A stretch of DNA of 64,000 nt from assembly GCF_002854065.1 (NCBI RefSeq), contig NZ_CP024147.1, one strand, 5' to 3'. Made by a program: the position numbers and the translations under genes. This DNA is from Escherichia coli. Its GTDB lineage: Bacteria; Pseudomonadota; Gammaproteobacteria; Enterobacterales; Enterobacteriaceae. Under the pieces are notes generated by a model, which ran no database searches, was not told the DNA's origin, and saw only the letters and a list, made by a program, of their open reading frames with translations. Shown here piece by piece: positions 1 to 10,825 of this stretch (position 1 is its first letter; the number at the start of each line of letters is the position of its first letter).

Positions 1-746
1 GGGAAGCGCATTGGCTGGGCATCCACCACTCGCTGGATCTCCACGGTTTCCAGCACTTCGAGCAGTGTCGGACCGCTGTACCACGGCATACTTTCACTTT
101 GCGAAGCCACGTTGTCACCTTCCAGTGCGGAGAGCGGCACAAAGCGGATATCCAGATTACCCGGCAGCTGCCCGGCAAAGGTCAGATAATCTTCACGAAT
201 ACGGGTGAACGTCTCTTCACTGTAATCCACCAGATCCATTTTGTTGATCGCCACGACCAGATGTTTGATCCCCAACAGTGTGGAGATAAAACTGTGACGA
301 CGGGTTTGATCGAGCACGCCTTTACGGGCATCGATCAGTAAGATCGCCAGTTCACATGTCGATGCGCCAGTCGCCATATTGCGGGTGTACTGCTCGTGCC
401 CTGGGGTGTCGGCGATAATAAATTTACGCTTCTCGGTAGAGAAATAACGGTAAGCCACGTCAATGGTGATGCCCTGTTCGCGCTCAGCTTGCAGGCCGTC
501 CACTAGCAGTGCCAGATCCAGCTTTTCGCCCTGGGTGCCGTGACGCTTACTGTCGTTATGCAGCGATGAGAGCTGATCTTCGTAGATTTGGCGGGTATCG
601 TGCAGCAGGCGACCAATCAGGGTACTTTTGCCGTCATCGACGCTACCACAGGTCAGAAAACGCAGCAGGCTTTTATGTTGTTGCGCAATCATCCAGGCTT
701 CGACGCCGCCTTCATTGGCGATTTGTTGTGCAAGTGCGGTGTTCAT
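1..746 (-). CDS. cysN: Sulfate adenylyltransferase subunit 1 (CysN), N-terminal part; gene runs off the window start
   Basis: Reverse translation from ATG at 744-746 gives [12 protein letters not shown]...; GTPase motifs; 1 nt after cysD stop. Confidence 0.93.
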   Translation of the reverse strand, partial: MNTALAQQIANEGGVEAWMIAQQHKSLLRFLTCGSVDDGKSTLIGRLLHDTRQIYEDQLSSLHNDSKRHGTQGEKLDLALLVDGLQAEREQGITIDVAYRYFSTEKRKFIIADTPGHEQYTRNMATGASTCELAILLIDARKGVLDQTRRHSFISTLLGIKHLVVAINKMDLVDYSEETFTRIREDYLTFAGQLPGNLDIRFVPLSALEGDNVASQSESMPWYSGPTLLEVLETVEIQRVVDAQPMRF

Positions 747-747
747 C

Positions 748-1656
748 TTAAAAATACCCCTGACGTTTTTTCAGCTCCATAGACCCCGCCTGGTCGCGAT
801 CAATCACGCGGCCCTGACGTTCACTGGTGGTGGAAACCAGCATCTCTTCGATGATCTCCGGCAGTGTTTGTGCATTTGACTCCACCGCACCGGTCAGCGG
901 CCAGCAGCCCAGCGTACGGAAACGCACCATCCGTTTTTTGATCACTTCGCCCGGTTGCAGGTCGATACGGTTGTCATCAATCATCATCAACATACCGTCG
1001 CGTTCCAGAACCGGACGTTCCGCAGCGAGATACAGCGGCACAATGTCGATATTTTCCAGCCAGATGTATTGCCAGATATCCTGCTCGGTCCAGTTAGAGA
1101 GCGGGAAGACGCGGATGCTTTCGCCTTTGTTAATTTGCCCGTTGTAGTTGTGCCACAGCTCCGGGCGCTGATTTTTCGGATCCCAGCGATGGAAGCGGTC
1201 ACGGAAAGAGTAGATTCGCTCTTTAGCGCGGGATTTCTCTTCGTCACGGCGCGCACCACCGAAGGCGGCATCAAAACCGTATTTATTCAGCGCCTGTTTC
1301 AGGCCTTCAGTTTTCATAATATCGGTATGTTTCGCGCTGCCGTGCACGAATGGATTAATCCCCATCGCCACGCCTTCCGGGTTTTTATGCACCAGCAGCT
1401 CGCAGCCGTAGGCTTTCGCCGTACGATCGCGGAACTCATACATCTCGCGGAATTTCCAGCCGGTATCGACATGCAGCAACGGGAAAGGCAGCGTACCTGG
1501 ATAAAACGCCTTGCGCGCCAGATGCAGCATGACGCTGGAATCTTTACCGATAGAGTAGAGCATCACCGGATTTGAGAATTCTGCCGCCACCTCGCGAATA
1601 ATGTGGATACTTTCCGCCTCCAGTTGCCGCAGGTGAGTAAGTCGTTTTTGATCCAT
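748..1656 (-). CDS. cysD: Sulfate adenylyltransferase subunit 2 (CysD), 302 aa
   Basis: ORF translation recognised as CysD (PAPS-reductase-like fold); stop TAA 748-750 abuts cysN start. Confidence 0.95.
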   Translation of the reverse strand: MDQKRLTHLRQLEAESIHIIREVAAEFSNPVMLYSIGKDSSVMLHLARKAFYPGTLPFPLLHVDTGWKFREMYEFRDRTAKAYGCELLVHKNPEGVAMGINPFVHGSAKHTDIMKTEGLKQALNKYGFDAAFGGARRDEEKSRAKERIYSFRDRFHRWDPKNQRPELWHNYNGQINKGESIRVFPLSNWTEQDIWQYIWLENIDIVPLYLAAERPVLERDGMLMMIDDNRIDLQPGEVIKKRMVRFRTLGCWPLTGAVESNAQTLPEIIEEMLVSTTSERQGRVIDRDQAGSMELKKRQGYF

Positions 1657-1907
1657 AACCGTTCCTTTGCAATACCGCTATTTTCTTGCCATCAGATGTT
1701 TCGACTATAGGGAGCGTAAGAGAACGAATGAAATTACCAATTAGAATGAGTAGTTCCTTAACGGAATAACGATTTGGCAAAGCTAATATCAAAAAGTGCT
1801 TAAGGCACCGGATTTCGGGCGTTTAGGAAGATTTGAAATTGTTTTAGCGCAGCGGCAGTTTCATACTATGGCGGTAAAAAAATTTGCATGGTATTTAAGG
1901 ACTCACT

Positions 1908-2945
1908 ATGTTTTCCGCATTGCGCCACCGTACCGCTGCCCTGGCGCTCGGCGTATGCTTTATTCTCCCCGTACACGCCTCGTCACCTAAACCTGGCGAT
2001 TTTGCTAATACCCAGGCACGACATATTGCTACTTTCTTTCCGGGACGCATGACCGGAACTCCTGCAGAAATGTTATCTGCCGATTATATTCGCCAACAGT
2101 TTCAGCAAATGGGTTATCGCAGTGATATTCGGACATTTAATAGTCGGTATATTTATACCGCCCGCGATAATCGCAAGAGCTGGCATAACGTGACGGGAAG
2201 TACGGTGATTGCCGCTCATGAAGGCAAAGCGCCGCAGCAGATCATCATTATGGCGCATCTGGATACTTACGCCCCGCTGAGCGATGCTGACGCCGATGCC
2301 AATCTCGGCGGGCTGACGTTACAAGGAATGGATGATAACGCCGCAGGTTTAGGTGTCATGCTGGAATTGGCAGAACGCCTGAAAAATACGCCTACCGAGT
2401 ATGGTATTCGATTTGTGGCGACCAGCGGCGAAGAGGAAGGGAAATTAGGCGCTGAGAATTTACTCAAGCGGATGAGTGACACCGAAAAGAAAAATACGCT
2501 GCTGGTGATTAATCTCGATAACTTAATTGTTGGCGATAAATTGTATTTCAACAGCGGTGTAAAAACCCCTGAAGCAGTAAGGAAATTAACGCGCGACAGG
2601 GCGCTGGCAATTGCGCGTAGTCATGGAATTGCCGCAACGACCAATCCGGGTTTGAATAAAAATTATCCGAAAGGCACTGGGTGTTGTAATGACGCAGAAA
2701 TATTCGACAAAGCGGGCATTGCTGTACTTTCGGTGGAAGCGACTAACTGGAATCTTGGGAATAAGGATGGTTATCAGCAACGCGCAAAAACAGCCGCATT
2801 CCCTGCGGGAAATAGCTGGCATGACGTAAGACTGGATAATCAACAGCATATTGATAAGGCACTTCCAGGAAGAATAGAACGTCGCTGCCGTGACGTTATG
2901 CGGATAATGCTACCACTGGTGAAGGAGCTGGCGAAGGCGTCTTGA
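1908..2945 (+). CDS. iap: Alkaline phosphatase isozyme conversion aminopeptidase (Iap), 345 aa
   Basis: ORF translation MFSALRHRTAALALGVCFILPVHASS...; signal peptide; M28-type peptidase. Confidence 0.92.
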   Translation: MFSALRHRTAALALGVCFILPVHASSPKPGDFANTQARHIATFFPGRMTGTPAEMLSADYIRQQFQQMGYRSDIRTFNSRYIYTARDNRKSWHNVTGSTVIAAHEGKAPQQIIIMAHLDTYAPLSDADADANLGGLTLQGMDDNAAGLGVMLELAERLKNTPTEYGIRFVATSGEEEGKLGAENLLKRMSDTEKKNTLLVINLDNLIVGDKLYFNSGVKTPEAVRKLTRDRALAIARSHGIAATTNPGLNKNYPKGTGCCNDAEIFDKAGIAVLSVEATNWNLGNKDGYQQRAKTAAFPAGNSWHDVRLDNQQHIDKALPGRIERRCRDVMRIMLPLVKELAKAS

Positions 2946-3070
2946 TGGGTTTGAAATGATGACTCCCGTGCCTGCAGGAAATCAATGCCACCTGAAACAG
3001 AGAATAAAAAAGGGTGCAGGAGGCCAAACCATCACAATTCAATACGCGGGGTTTTACCCCCGCGTGGTGG

Positions 3071-3223
3071 CTACTTCTTCGATTCGTAAGCGAGAACTGC
3101 CTTAAACTCCATACCACGCTCTCTGATACTCAACTCACATAACGAGTCGCCTACCATGAGCGTGAATCCCAGTACTGTACAACACAGTACTATGATTGCC
3201 ACAAGGGCATATTTTGTTAGCAT
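3071..3223 (-). CDS. hokX: Hok/Gef-family membrane toxin (type I toxin-antitoxin), 50 aa
   Basis: [50 protein letters not shown]; hydrophobic helix plus SLCE...AYES motif typical of Hok; GGAGG Shine-Dalgarno (rc of 3229-3233) 6 nt upstream of ATG 3221-3223. Confidence 0.75.
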   Translation of the reverse strand: MLTKYALVAIIVLCCTVLGFTLMVGDSLCELSIRERGMEFKAVLAYESKK

Positions 3224-3330
3224 GTCTTGCCTCCCTGCAAAGAAGAGACTAACATCCGAATTGCTACGTTCGAACGCGAGCCTCAGGTTGATAGAAATAT
3301 CGCCTGGGGCTTTTGTCCATCTGGAACCTC
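3224..3330 (+). ncRNA. sokX: Putative Sok-type antisense RNA opposite the hok mRNA leader (coordinates approximate)
   Basis: Expected from hok/sok locus architecture; exact ends not determinable from sequence alone. Confidence 0.2.
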
Positions 3331-3430
3331 GCGAATGCTTAACGCCAGACAGCCTCAAGCACCCGACGCCATTCTATACCTGATAATTCTTCCAGCGGCG
3401 TTCACGTTTAAAATCAGGAATGCTGCTCGC

Positions 3431-3469
3431 AAAATAAAAACGCCCCCATCATTTCTGACAGAGGCGTTT
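3431..3469 (-). terminator. Intrinsic terminator downstream of cysH (end of cysJIH operon)
   Basis: On minus strand: stem AAACGCC...GGCGUUU followed by U-rich run (A-run 3431-3439 on plus strand). Confidence 0.6.
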
Positions 3470-3486
3470 AATTTATCCGGCAATAT

Positions 3487-4221
3487 TTACCCTTCGTGTA
3501 ACCCACATTCCCTTTTTAAGCCAAAGAAACGCGTTTCTTCTTCCGCCATGCCGGGTTCCCATTTACGGGTTGTATGGGTATCGCCCACCGATAAATATCC
3601 TTCGTCCCATAATGGGTGATATTTCAGGCCATGTTTTTGCAGGTACTGATAAATAGTTCGGTTATCCCAGTCGATAATCGGCAGCACTTTAAATACGCCA
3701 CGCTGAATTGCCAGCACCGGTAAATTGGCGCGGCTGCCGGATTGTTCACGGCGCAGGCCAGCAAACCAGGTTTGCGCATTCAGTTCTTTTAGCGCCCGGT
3801 TCATCGGTTCGACTTTGTTGATGTCATTGTACTTTTCAATGCCTTCAACGCCCTGTTCCCACAGTTTTCCGTAGCGTGCTTCCTGCCAGGCTGCGCTTTC
3901 GGTAGCACGGTACACTTTCAGGTTGAGCTTGAGTTTGTCCGTTAACTCGTCAATAAAGCGGTAGGTTTCCGGGAACAAGTAACCGGTATCGGTGAGGATC
4001 ACTGGAATATCCGGGCGAATCTGATTCACCAGATGCAGGCTCACCGCCGCCTGAATGCCGAAGCTGGAAGAAAGCACATATTCACCGGGCAGATTATCCA
4101 GCGCCCAGGCTACGCGGCCTTCAGCGTCCAGTTTTTCCAGTTGGGCGTTAGTTTCCGCCAGCGCCAGAATGCGATCTACCTTCGGCAGTTCGTTCAGGGC
4201 GTTTAGATCGAGTTTGGACAT
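3487..4221 (-). CDS. cysH: Phosphoadenosine phosphosulfate (PAPS) reductase CysH, 244 aa
   Basis: Translation from [14 protein letters not shown]...; C-terminal ECGLH motif; ORF-track upstream extension judged non-coding. Confidence 0.93.
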
Positions 4222-4239
4222 AGATTCCTCACTGTTTGC

Positions 4240-4282
4240 CTTGCCTGATGCGACGCTCACGCGTCTTATCAGGCCTACAAGA
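4240..4282. repeat. REP (repetitive extragenic palindromic) element between cysI and cysH
   Basis: GCCTGATGCGACGCT...GCGTCTTATCAGGCCTACA palindromic unit. Confidence 0.7.
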
Positions 4283-4294
4283 CCGGGCTGATGG

Positions 4295-6007
4295 TTAATC
4301 CCACAAATCGCGCGCCGGATCGAGCACCGGGCGAATGATGCCCGCACGCACCGTAAAGTCGCCGAAGCCTTCACCCGCTTCGCGCTCTTTCGCCCAGCGC
4401 CCTATCAGTTCATCAAGCGACGCCAGGATTTCCGGCTCGGTGATGTTTTCTTTATACATCCGTGGGATACGTGTCCCAATGCGGTTGCCGCCAAGATGCA
4501 GGTTGTAGCGACCCGGCGCTTTACCCACCAGGCCCACTTCCGCCAGCATCGCGCGACCACAACCGTTCGGGCAGCCTGTTACACGCATCACGATATGCTC
4601 ATCGCTGACACCATGTTTCGCCATTAAATTATCGATGTTGTCGATAAAAGACGGCAGGAAACGCTCCGCTTCCGCCATCGCCAGCGGGCAAGTCGGGAAT
4701 GACACGCAGGCCATTGAGTTTTCACGCTGCGGCGTGACGGCATTCATTAACCCGCTCTCTTTGGCGATCCTCTCGATCTTCGCTTTCTCACTTTCCGGCA
4801 CACCGGCGATGATCAGATTCTGGTTCGCCGTAATGCGGAAATCACCTTTGTGGATCTTTGCGATCTCCAGCAGGCCGGTTTTCAGCGGACGCCCCGGATA
4901 ATCAAGGATGCGACCATTTTCGATAAACAGCGTCAGGTGCCAGTTATCATCAATGCCCTTAACCCAGCCAATACGATCTCCGCGTCCGGTAAACTCATAC
5001 GGGCGAATCGGCTCGAATTTGATCCCCGCGCGACGTTCCACTTCCGCTTTAAATGTCTCAACACCCACGCGCTCCAGCGTGTATTTGGTTTTGGCATTTT
5101 TACGATCGGTACGGTTACCCCAATCGCGCTGAGTCGTCACGACGGCTTCCGCCACCGCCAGGGTATGCTCCAGCGGCAGATAACCAAACTCGCTCGCCGT
5201 GCGGGCGTAGGTTTTCTTATTACCGTGTTCGATGGAAAGCCCGCCGCCCACCAGCAGGTTAAAGCCTACCAGCTTGCCGTTTTCGGCGATTGCCACGAAG
5301 TTCATGTCGTTGGCGTGCAGATCGATATCGTTCTGTGGCGGGATCACTACCGTGGTTTTGAATTTACGCGGCAGGTAGGTCTGGCCGAGGATCGGTTCTT
5401 CATCAGTGGTGGCGACTTTTTCCTGATCGAGCCAGATCTCCGCATACGCGCGGGTACGCGGCAGCAGATGTTCCGAGATTTTCTTCGCCCACTCGTACGC
5501 TTCTGCGTGCAGCTGCGACTCGTAAGGGTTCGAGGTGCAGAGTACGTTACGGTTCATGTCGTTAGCGGTCGCCAGCGCATCAAGACCGACCGAGTGCAGC
5601 ATCTGGTGCACCGGTTTGACGTTCTTTTTCAGAATGCCGTGGAACTGGAATGTCTGGCGGTTGGTCAGGCGAATGCTGCCATAGATGGTGTTTTCACCGG
5701 CAAATTTATCGATCGCCTGCCACTGTTTGGTGGTGATAACTCCACCCGGCAGACGGCAGCGCAACAGCATCGCATGGCGCGGCTCCAGCTTCTGTTCAGC
5801 ACGTTCGGCGCGGATGTCGCGGTCATCCTGCTGATACATGCCGTGGAAGCGGATCAGCAGGAAGTTGTCGCCCTTAAAGCCGCCGGTCAGACCGTCGTTT
5901 AAATCTTCCGCAATGGTGCCGCGCAGGTAGTTGCTTTCAAGCTTCATGCGCTCGGCGTCTGTCAGTTTTCCTTCGACCACTAAAGGCCCTGGATGTTTTT
6001 CGCTCAT
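4295..6007 (-). CDS. cysI: Sulfite reductase hemoprotein beta subunit CysI, 570 aa
   Basis: ORF translation; siroheme/4Fe-4S Cys cluster CPNGC near C-terminus. Confidence 0.95.
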
Positions 6008-7806
6008 TAGTAGACATCTCGCTGATAACGGCGCTCTACGCGCAGCTCACTTAAAAATTCATCCGCCGCTTCGGTGTCCATACCACCAAATTCGGCAATC
6101 ACTTCCAGAAGTGCCTGCTCAACGTCTTTCGCCATGCGATTAGCGTCGCCGCAGACATAAATGTGGGCACCGTCATTGATCCAGCGCCACAGCTCCGCGC
6201 CCTGTTCGCGTAGTTTGTCTTGTACGTAAACTTTTTCTTTTTGATCGCGCGACCAGGCGAGATCGATACGTGTCAGCACACCCTCTTTGACGTAGCGCTG
6301 CCACTCCACCTGGTAGAGGAAATCTTCCGTAAAATGCGGGTTGCCAAAGAACAGCCAGTTTTTACCCGGTGCTTCATCGGCAGCACGTTGCTGCATAAAG
6401 GCGCGGAACGGCGCGATACCGGTGCCTGGGCCAATCATAATCACCGGGGTTTCTGGATTGGCTGGTAGGCGGAAGTTATCGTTATGTTCGATAAATACGC
6501 GGAGTTCGCCCTCTTCTTCCACGCGGTCCGCAAGGAAGCTGGAGGCCCCCCCGGCACGGGCGCGGCCTTCCACGTCGTAACGCACCACACCAACGGTGAC
6601 GTGTACTTCGTTCTCGACTTCCGCCTGCGAGGAGGCAATGGAATAGAGACGCGGCGTCAGCGGGCGCAGCAGATTAATTAGCGCTTCGGCATCAAGCTGT
6701 GCCGGGGAGAAACGCACCATGTCAACAATCGGCGTCGTCGCGGCGTAATGCTGTAACTTCGCTTTATCGCCCACCAGCGGCAGCAGTGTTTCACTGCGGG
6801 TAAGCGTGGCATAATTCTCAACAATGTTGGCGGTGTTGACGGTCAGTTCGAAGTGCCACTGTAGCGCTTCGTTCAGAGGCAACGTTTTGCCCTCGACGGT
6901 GACAGGTTCATCGCCTTTCAGCCACAGCAGTTCGACAAGTTCTTTCACCAGTGCCGGATCGTTCTGATACCAGACACCCAGCGCGTCACCCGGCTGGTAA
7001 CGCAGGCCCGAGTCACCTAAGTCAATTTCGATATGGCGAACGTCTTTTTCAGAGTTACGCCCGGTAATTTTCTGGTTAACCGAAAGGCTCGCTACCAGCG
7101 GCGCGTCTTTGCTGTACGGGCTGGTGTGGATTTCATTTACCACGCCAGTAGCGACGGATTGCGAAGGTGCCGCGACAGGCGCACGCGATTTAAGCGCATC
7201 AACCACGCGGGCGCGCCACTCGCTGGCAGCAGCCTGGTATTCAACGTCGGCGTCGACACGGTCGAGCAGGCGTTCACCGCCCAGTTCCGCCAGCTTGCTG
7301 TCGAAATCTTTCCCGGACTGGCAGAAAAATTCATAAGAACTATCGCCGAGGCTAAACACGGCAAAAGCGGTATTTTCCAGCTTCGGCGCTTTTTTGGAGA
7401 ACAGGAACTTATGCAGCGCGACGGCTTCTTCCGGCGGTTCCCCTTCTCCTTGCGTTGACGTCACCACGATAAGCAGTTTTTCGCTGGCGATTTGTTTGAA
7501 TTTATAGTCGCCCGCGTTCACCAGCTTAACGTTCAGTTTTGCCGTCAATAAATCATCGCGTAATGCTTCAGCAACCCGGCGCGCATTGCCGGTTTGCGAA
7601 GCAGAGATAATAGTTATACCCGGCATTTCTGCGGCTGGCGCTGGCGTCGCTGCAAGCGCAGCAGGCTGCTGATTGAGCACGCCCCAGAAATAGCCAGAAA
7701 CCCAGGCAAGCTGGGGGGGAGTTAAATCGGTCGTGGCCGCCTGAAGGCGTGCCAGTTGCTCCGGGTTCAACGGAAGCAACGCGGAAGGTGGGACCTGTGT
7801 CGTCAT
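6007..7806 (-). CDS. cysJ: Sulfite reductase flavoprotein alpha subunit CysJ, 599 aa
   Basis: ORF translation; flavodoxin-like and FAD/NADPH reductase domains; 1-nt overlap with cysI start. Confidence 0.95.
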   Translation of the reverse strand: MTTQVPPSALLPLNPEQLARLQAATTDLTPPQLAWVSGYFWGVLNQQPAALAATPAPAAEMPGITIISASQTGNARRVAEALRDDLLTAKLNVKLVNAGDYKFKQIASEKLLIVVTSTQGEGEPPEEAVALHKFLFSKKAPKLENTAFAVFSLGDSSYEFFCQSGKDFDSKLAELGGERLLDRVDADVEYQAAASEWRARVVDALKSRAPVAAPSQSVATGVVNEIHTSPYSKDAPLVASLSVNQKITGRNSEKDVRHIEIDLGDSGLRYQPGDALGVWYQNDPALVKELVELLWLKGDEPVTVEGKTLPLNEALQWHFELTVNTANIVENYATLTRSETLLPLVGDKAKLQHYAATTPIVDMVRFSPAQLDAEALINLLRPLTPRLYSIASSQAEVENEVHVTVGVVRYDVEGRARAGGASSFLADRVEEEGELRVFIEHNDNFRLPANPETPVIMIGPGTGIAPFRAFMQQRAADEAPGKNWLFFGNPHFTEDFLYQVEWQRYVKEGVLTRIDLAWSRDQKEKVYVQDKLREQGAELWRWINDGAHIYVCGDANRMAKDVEQALLEVIAEFGGMDTEAADEFLSELRVERRYQRDVY

Positions 7807-8120
7807 GCGTCGTTATGTTCCAGTAAGCAAAGCTGTTTCTGCGCCCTGTCAGCGCCCATAAAACAGAAGAGAAGGTAAGGTTAACGGGGTGAACGGTGTG
7901 GATTAAAGACGGGATAGCGATAACTAATAACCAAATCGACTAACCTGTTTTAGCAATAGTCTTTAACAACAAAATAGATTAACCAACCTATTGAAAAAAA
8001 ATGAATTTAGCCAATCATTAAGATAAATCAGCGATTTTGCGCAACAAAGTCGTTTTAGATAATGCGAAAAAAGAGCCTTTCCGGTACTCTACGGCGGTTT
8101 TATCGTCCTGTAGAGAAATT

Positions 8121-8486
8121 ATGATGTCCACCACGTTATTTAAAGATTTCACCTTCGAAGCCGCTCACCGCTTACCACACGTCCCGGAAGGGCATAAATG
8201 TGGTCGCCTGCACGGGCATTCCTTTATGGTGCGACTGGAAATTACCGGGGAAGTCGATCCGCATACGGGCTGGATTATCGATTTCGCTGAACTAAAAGCG
8301 GCGTTTAAGCCAACTTATGAGCGCCTCGATCACCATTATCTCAATGATATTCCAGGTCTGGAAAACCCAACTAGCGAAGTTTTAGCAAAATGGATTTGGG
8401 ATCAGGTTAAACCCGTTGTGCCGCTGTTAAGTGCGGTGATGGTAAAAGAAACCTGCACCGCTGGTTGTATCTATCGCGGCGAATGA
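8121..8486 (+). CDS. queD: 6-carboxy-5,6,7,8-tetrahydropterin synthase QueD, 121 aa
   Basis: Translation from [33 protein letters not shown]...; start chosen at 8121 rather than ORF-track 8037. Confidence 0.9.
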   Translation: MMSTTLFKDFTFEAAHRLPHVPEGHKCGRLHGHSFMVRLEITGEVDPHTGWIIDFAELKAAFKPTYERLDHHYLNDIPGLENPTSEVLAKWIWDQVKPVVPLLSAVMVKETCTAGCIYRGE

Positions 8487-8563
8487 TAAGAGTGTGGCGG
8501 CGGTCAATTTCCCTTAAGTAACGCTATGTTAGGGTGTTGTGTTCAGGATATCTGGGGCATGAC

Positions 8564-9835
8564 ATGGAAGACGACTGCGACATTATTATTATTGGTGCCG
8601 GTATTGCAGGCACCGCTTGCGCGTTACGCTGCGCGCGAGCGGGTTTATCCGTTTTGTTACTGGAACGCGCTGAAATCCCCGGCAGCAAAAATCTTTCCGG
8701 CGGGCGGTTATATACCCATGCACTCGCGGAACTCCTCCCTCAATTTCATCTGACCGCGCCTCTTGAACGACGCATCACTCACGAAAGCCTTTCCCTGTTA
8801 ACGCCGGATGGCGCAACGACGTTTTCCAGCTTACAGCCCGGCGGTGAATCCTGGAGTGTATTACGTGCACGGTTCGATCCGTGGCTGGTTGCCGAAGCCG
8901 AAAAAGAAGGTGTCGAATGCATCCCTGGTGCGACGGTGGATGCACTGTATGAAGAAAACGGCAGGGTGTGTGGTGTCATTTGTGGTGACGATATTCTCCG
9001 CGCCCGTTATGTGGTGCTGGCAGAAGGTGCCAACAGCGTCCTGGCTGAACGTCACGGGTTAGTGACTCGTCCTGCTGGCGAAGCGATGGCGTTGGGGATC
9101 AAAGAAGTGCTGTCGCTGGAAACATCCGCTATTGAAGAACGTTTTCATCTGGAGAATAACGAAGGCGCAGCGTTGCTGTTCAGCGGCGGAATCTGTGATG
9201 ACTTACCCGGCGGCGCATTTCTTTATACTAATCAACAAACGCTCTCGTTAGGGATTGTTTGCCCACTCTCTTCCCTTACGCAAAGTCGTGTTCCGGCAAG
9301 CGAGCTGCTTGCTCGCTTTAAAACGCATCCGGCAGTGCGCCCGCTTATCAAAAACACGGAATCACTGGAGTATGGTGCGCATCTGGTGCCAGAAGGTGGC
9401 TTGCACAGTATGCCGGTACAATACGCCGGTAACGGCTGGCTGCTGGTGGGCGATGCGTTGCGCAGTTGCGTCAATACCGGAATTTCTGTGCGCGGCATGG
9501 ATACGGCGCTAACTGGCGCGCAGGCGGCGGCACAAACACTGATAAGCGCCTGCCAGCACCGCGAGCCGCAAAATCTGTTTCCGCTTTATCATCACAACGT
9601 AGAGCGCAGCCTACTGTGGGATGTTCTACAGCGTTATCAGCATGTTCCGGCGCTTTTGCAACGCCCGGGATGGTACCGTACGTGGCCTGCGTTAATGCAG
9701 GATATTTCCCGCGATTTATGGGATCAGGGTGATAAACCTGTTCCACCGCTGCGCCAGTTACTCTGGCGTCATTTACGTCGTCATGGCTTGTGGAATCTGG
9801 CGGGCGATGTTATCAGGAGTGTTCGATGTCTGTAG
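8564..9835 (+). CDS. ygcN: FixC-like FAD-dependent oxidoreductase (ETF-quinone oxidoreductase family)
   Basis: DIIIIGAGIAG Rossmann motif at N-terminus; start chosen at MEDDCD. Confidence 0.88.
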   Translation: MEDDCDIIIIGAGIAGTACALRCARAGLSVLLLERAEIPGSKNLSGGRLYTHALAELLPQFHLTAPLERRITHESLSLLTPDGATTFSSLQPGGESWSVLRARFDPWLVAEAEKEGVECIPGATVDALYEENGRVCGVICGDDILRARYVVLAEGANSVLAERHGLVTRPAGEAMALGIKEVLSLETSAIEERFHLENNEGAALLFSGGICDDLPGGAFLYTNQQTLSLGIVCPLSSLTQSRVPASELLARFKTHPAVRPLIKNTESLEYGAHLVPEGGLHSMPVQYAGNGWLLVGDALRSCVNTGISVRGMDTALTGAQAAAQTLISACQHREPQNLFPLYHHNVERSLLWDVLQRYQHVPALLQRPGWYRTWPALMQDISRDLWDQGDKPVPPLRQLLWRHLRRHGLWNLAGDVIRSVRCL

Positions 9836-10086
9836 CCCGTAATCTCTGGCGCGCTGCTGATGCGCCGCATATTGTTCCGGCTGACTCCGTTGAGCGCCAG
9901 ACGGCAGAACGATTAATTAACGCCTGCCCGGCAGGTCTTTTTGCGCTCACGCCGGAAGGCGACTTGCGTGTTGATTATCGCGGTTGCCTTGAGTGTGGCA
10001 CCTGCCGTTTGCTGTGCGACGAATCAACACTACAACAGTGGCGCTATCCACCTTCCGGATTCGGCATCACCTACCGCTTTGGATAA
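9826..10086 (+). CDS. ygcO: FixX-like ferredoxin, 86 aa
   Basis: CLECGTCRLLC cysteine motif; 10-nt overlap with ygcN. Confidence 0.85.
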   Translation: MSVARNLWRAADAPHIVPADSVERQTAERLINACPAGLFALTPEGDLRVDYRGCLECGTCRLLCDESTLQQWRYPPSGFGITYRFG

Positions 10087-10102
10087 ATAATAAGGATAAT
10101 TT

Positions 10103-10678
10103 ATGCCCCTCTTACACCTGCTCCGCCAGAATCCGGTGATTGCTGCCGTTAAAGATAATGCCAGCCTGCAACTGGCAATCCATTCTGAATGCCAATTTAT
10201 TTCCGTGTTGTACGGCAATATCTGCACCATCAGTAATATCGTTAAAAAGATTAAGAACGCCGGGAAATATGCTTTTATTCATGTTGATTTGCTGGAAGGC
10301 GCGTCAAATAAAGAAGTCGTGATTCAGTTTTTGAAACTGGTGACCGAGGCGGACGGCATTATCAGTACCAAAGCCTCAATGTTGAAAGCGGCAAGAGCGG
10401 AAGGTTTTTTCTGTATTCATCGCCTGTTTATTGTTGATTCAATTTCGTTTCACAACATTGATAAGCAAGTTGCGCAATCGAATCCGGATTGTATTGAGAT
10501 CCTGCCAGGCTGTATGCCCAAAGTGCTGGGCTGGGTGACGGAAAAAATCCGCCAACCGCTGATTGCTGGCGGGCTGGTATGCGATGAAGAAGATGCGCGT
10601 AATGCGATTAACGCGGGTGTCGTGGCGCTTTCCACCACGAATACCGGAGTCTGGACGTTAGCGAAAAAATTGCTTTGA
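10103..10678 (+). CDS. ygcP: GlpP-family putative antiterminator regulatory protein, 191 aa
   Basis: ORF translation with HVDLLEG...ILPG...IAGGL motifs resembling the B. subtilis GlpP family. Confidence 0.85.
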   Translation: MPLLHLLRQNPVIAAVKDNASLQLAIHSECQFISVLYGNICTISNIVKKIKNAGKYAFIHVDLLEGASNKEVVIQFLKLVTEADGIISTKASMLKAARAEGFFCIHRLFIVDSISFHNIDKQVAQSNPDCIEILPGCMPKVLGWVTEKIRQPLIAGGLVCDEEDARNAINAGVVALSTTNTGVWTLAKKLL

Positions 10679-10722
10679 CGGGATAATCGTAACCAATTGA
10701 ATTTGGTTTGATTTGTAGGCCG

Positions 10723-10783
10723 CACGCCACATCCGACATTCAGCGCCTGATGCGACGCTTAACACGTCTTATCAGGCCTACAG
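10723..10783. repeat. REP element pair downstream of ygcP
   Basis: TGTAGGCCGCACGCC... and ...GCCTGATGCGACGCTTAACACGTCTTATCAGGCCTACA. Confidence 0.7.
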
Positions 10784-10825
10784 GTCCCCAGTCCAGAACC
10801 GTAGGCAGGATCATCCGGCAACACG

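Noticed and set aside
3046-3065. Palindrome CGCGGGGTTTTACCCCCGCG as a possible CRISPR repeat remnant next to iap
   Set aside because: Does not match the type I-E repeat beyond a short CCCCGCG core; better explained as the 3' stem-loop of the hok transcript.
3071-3358. 95-aa ORF as a single long protein
   Set aside because: Only the C-terminal 50 residues look like a Hok toxin and they have their own Shine-Dalgarno; the N-terminal extension has no features and is treated as leader.
4850-5902. 350-aa plus-strand ORF
   Set aside because: Lies entirely antisense to cysI, whose translation is the recognisable product; low-complexity Arg/Gln-rich translation typical of antisense frames in GC-rich genes.
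7807-8120. preQ1-type riboswitch upstream of queD (also considered for queF and queE)
   Set aside because: No recognisable preQ1 aptamer hairpin seen; the region is better explained as the divergent cysJIH promoter.
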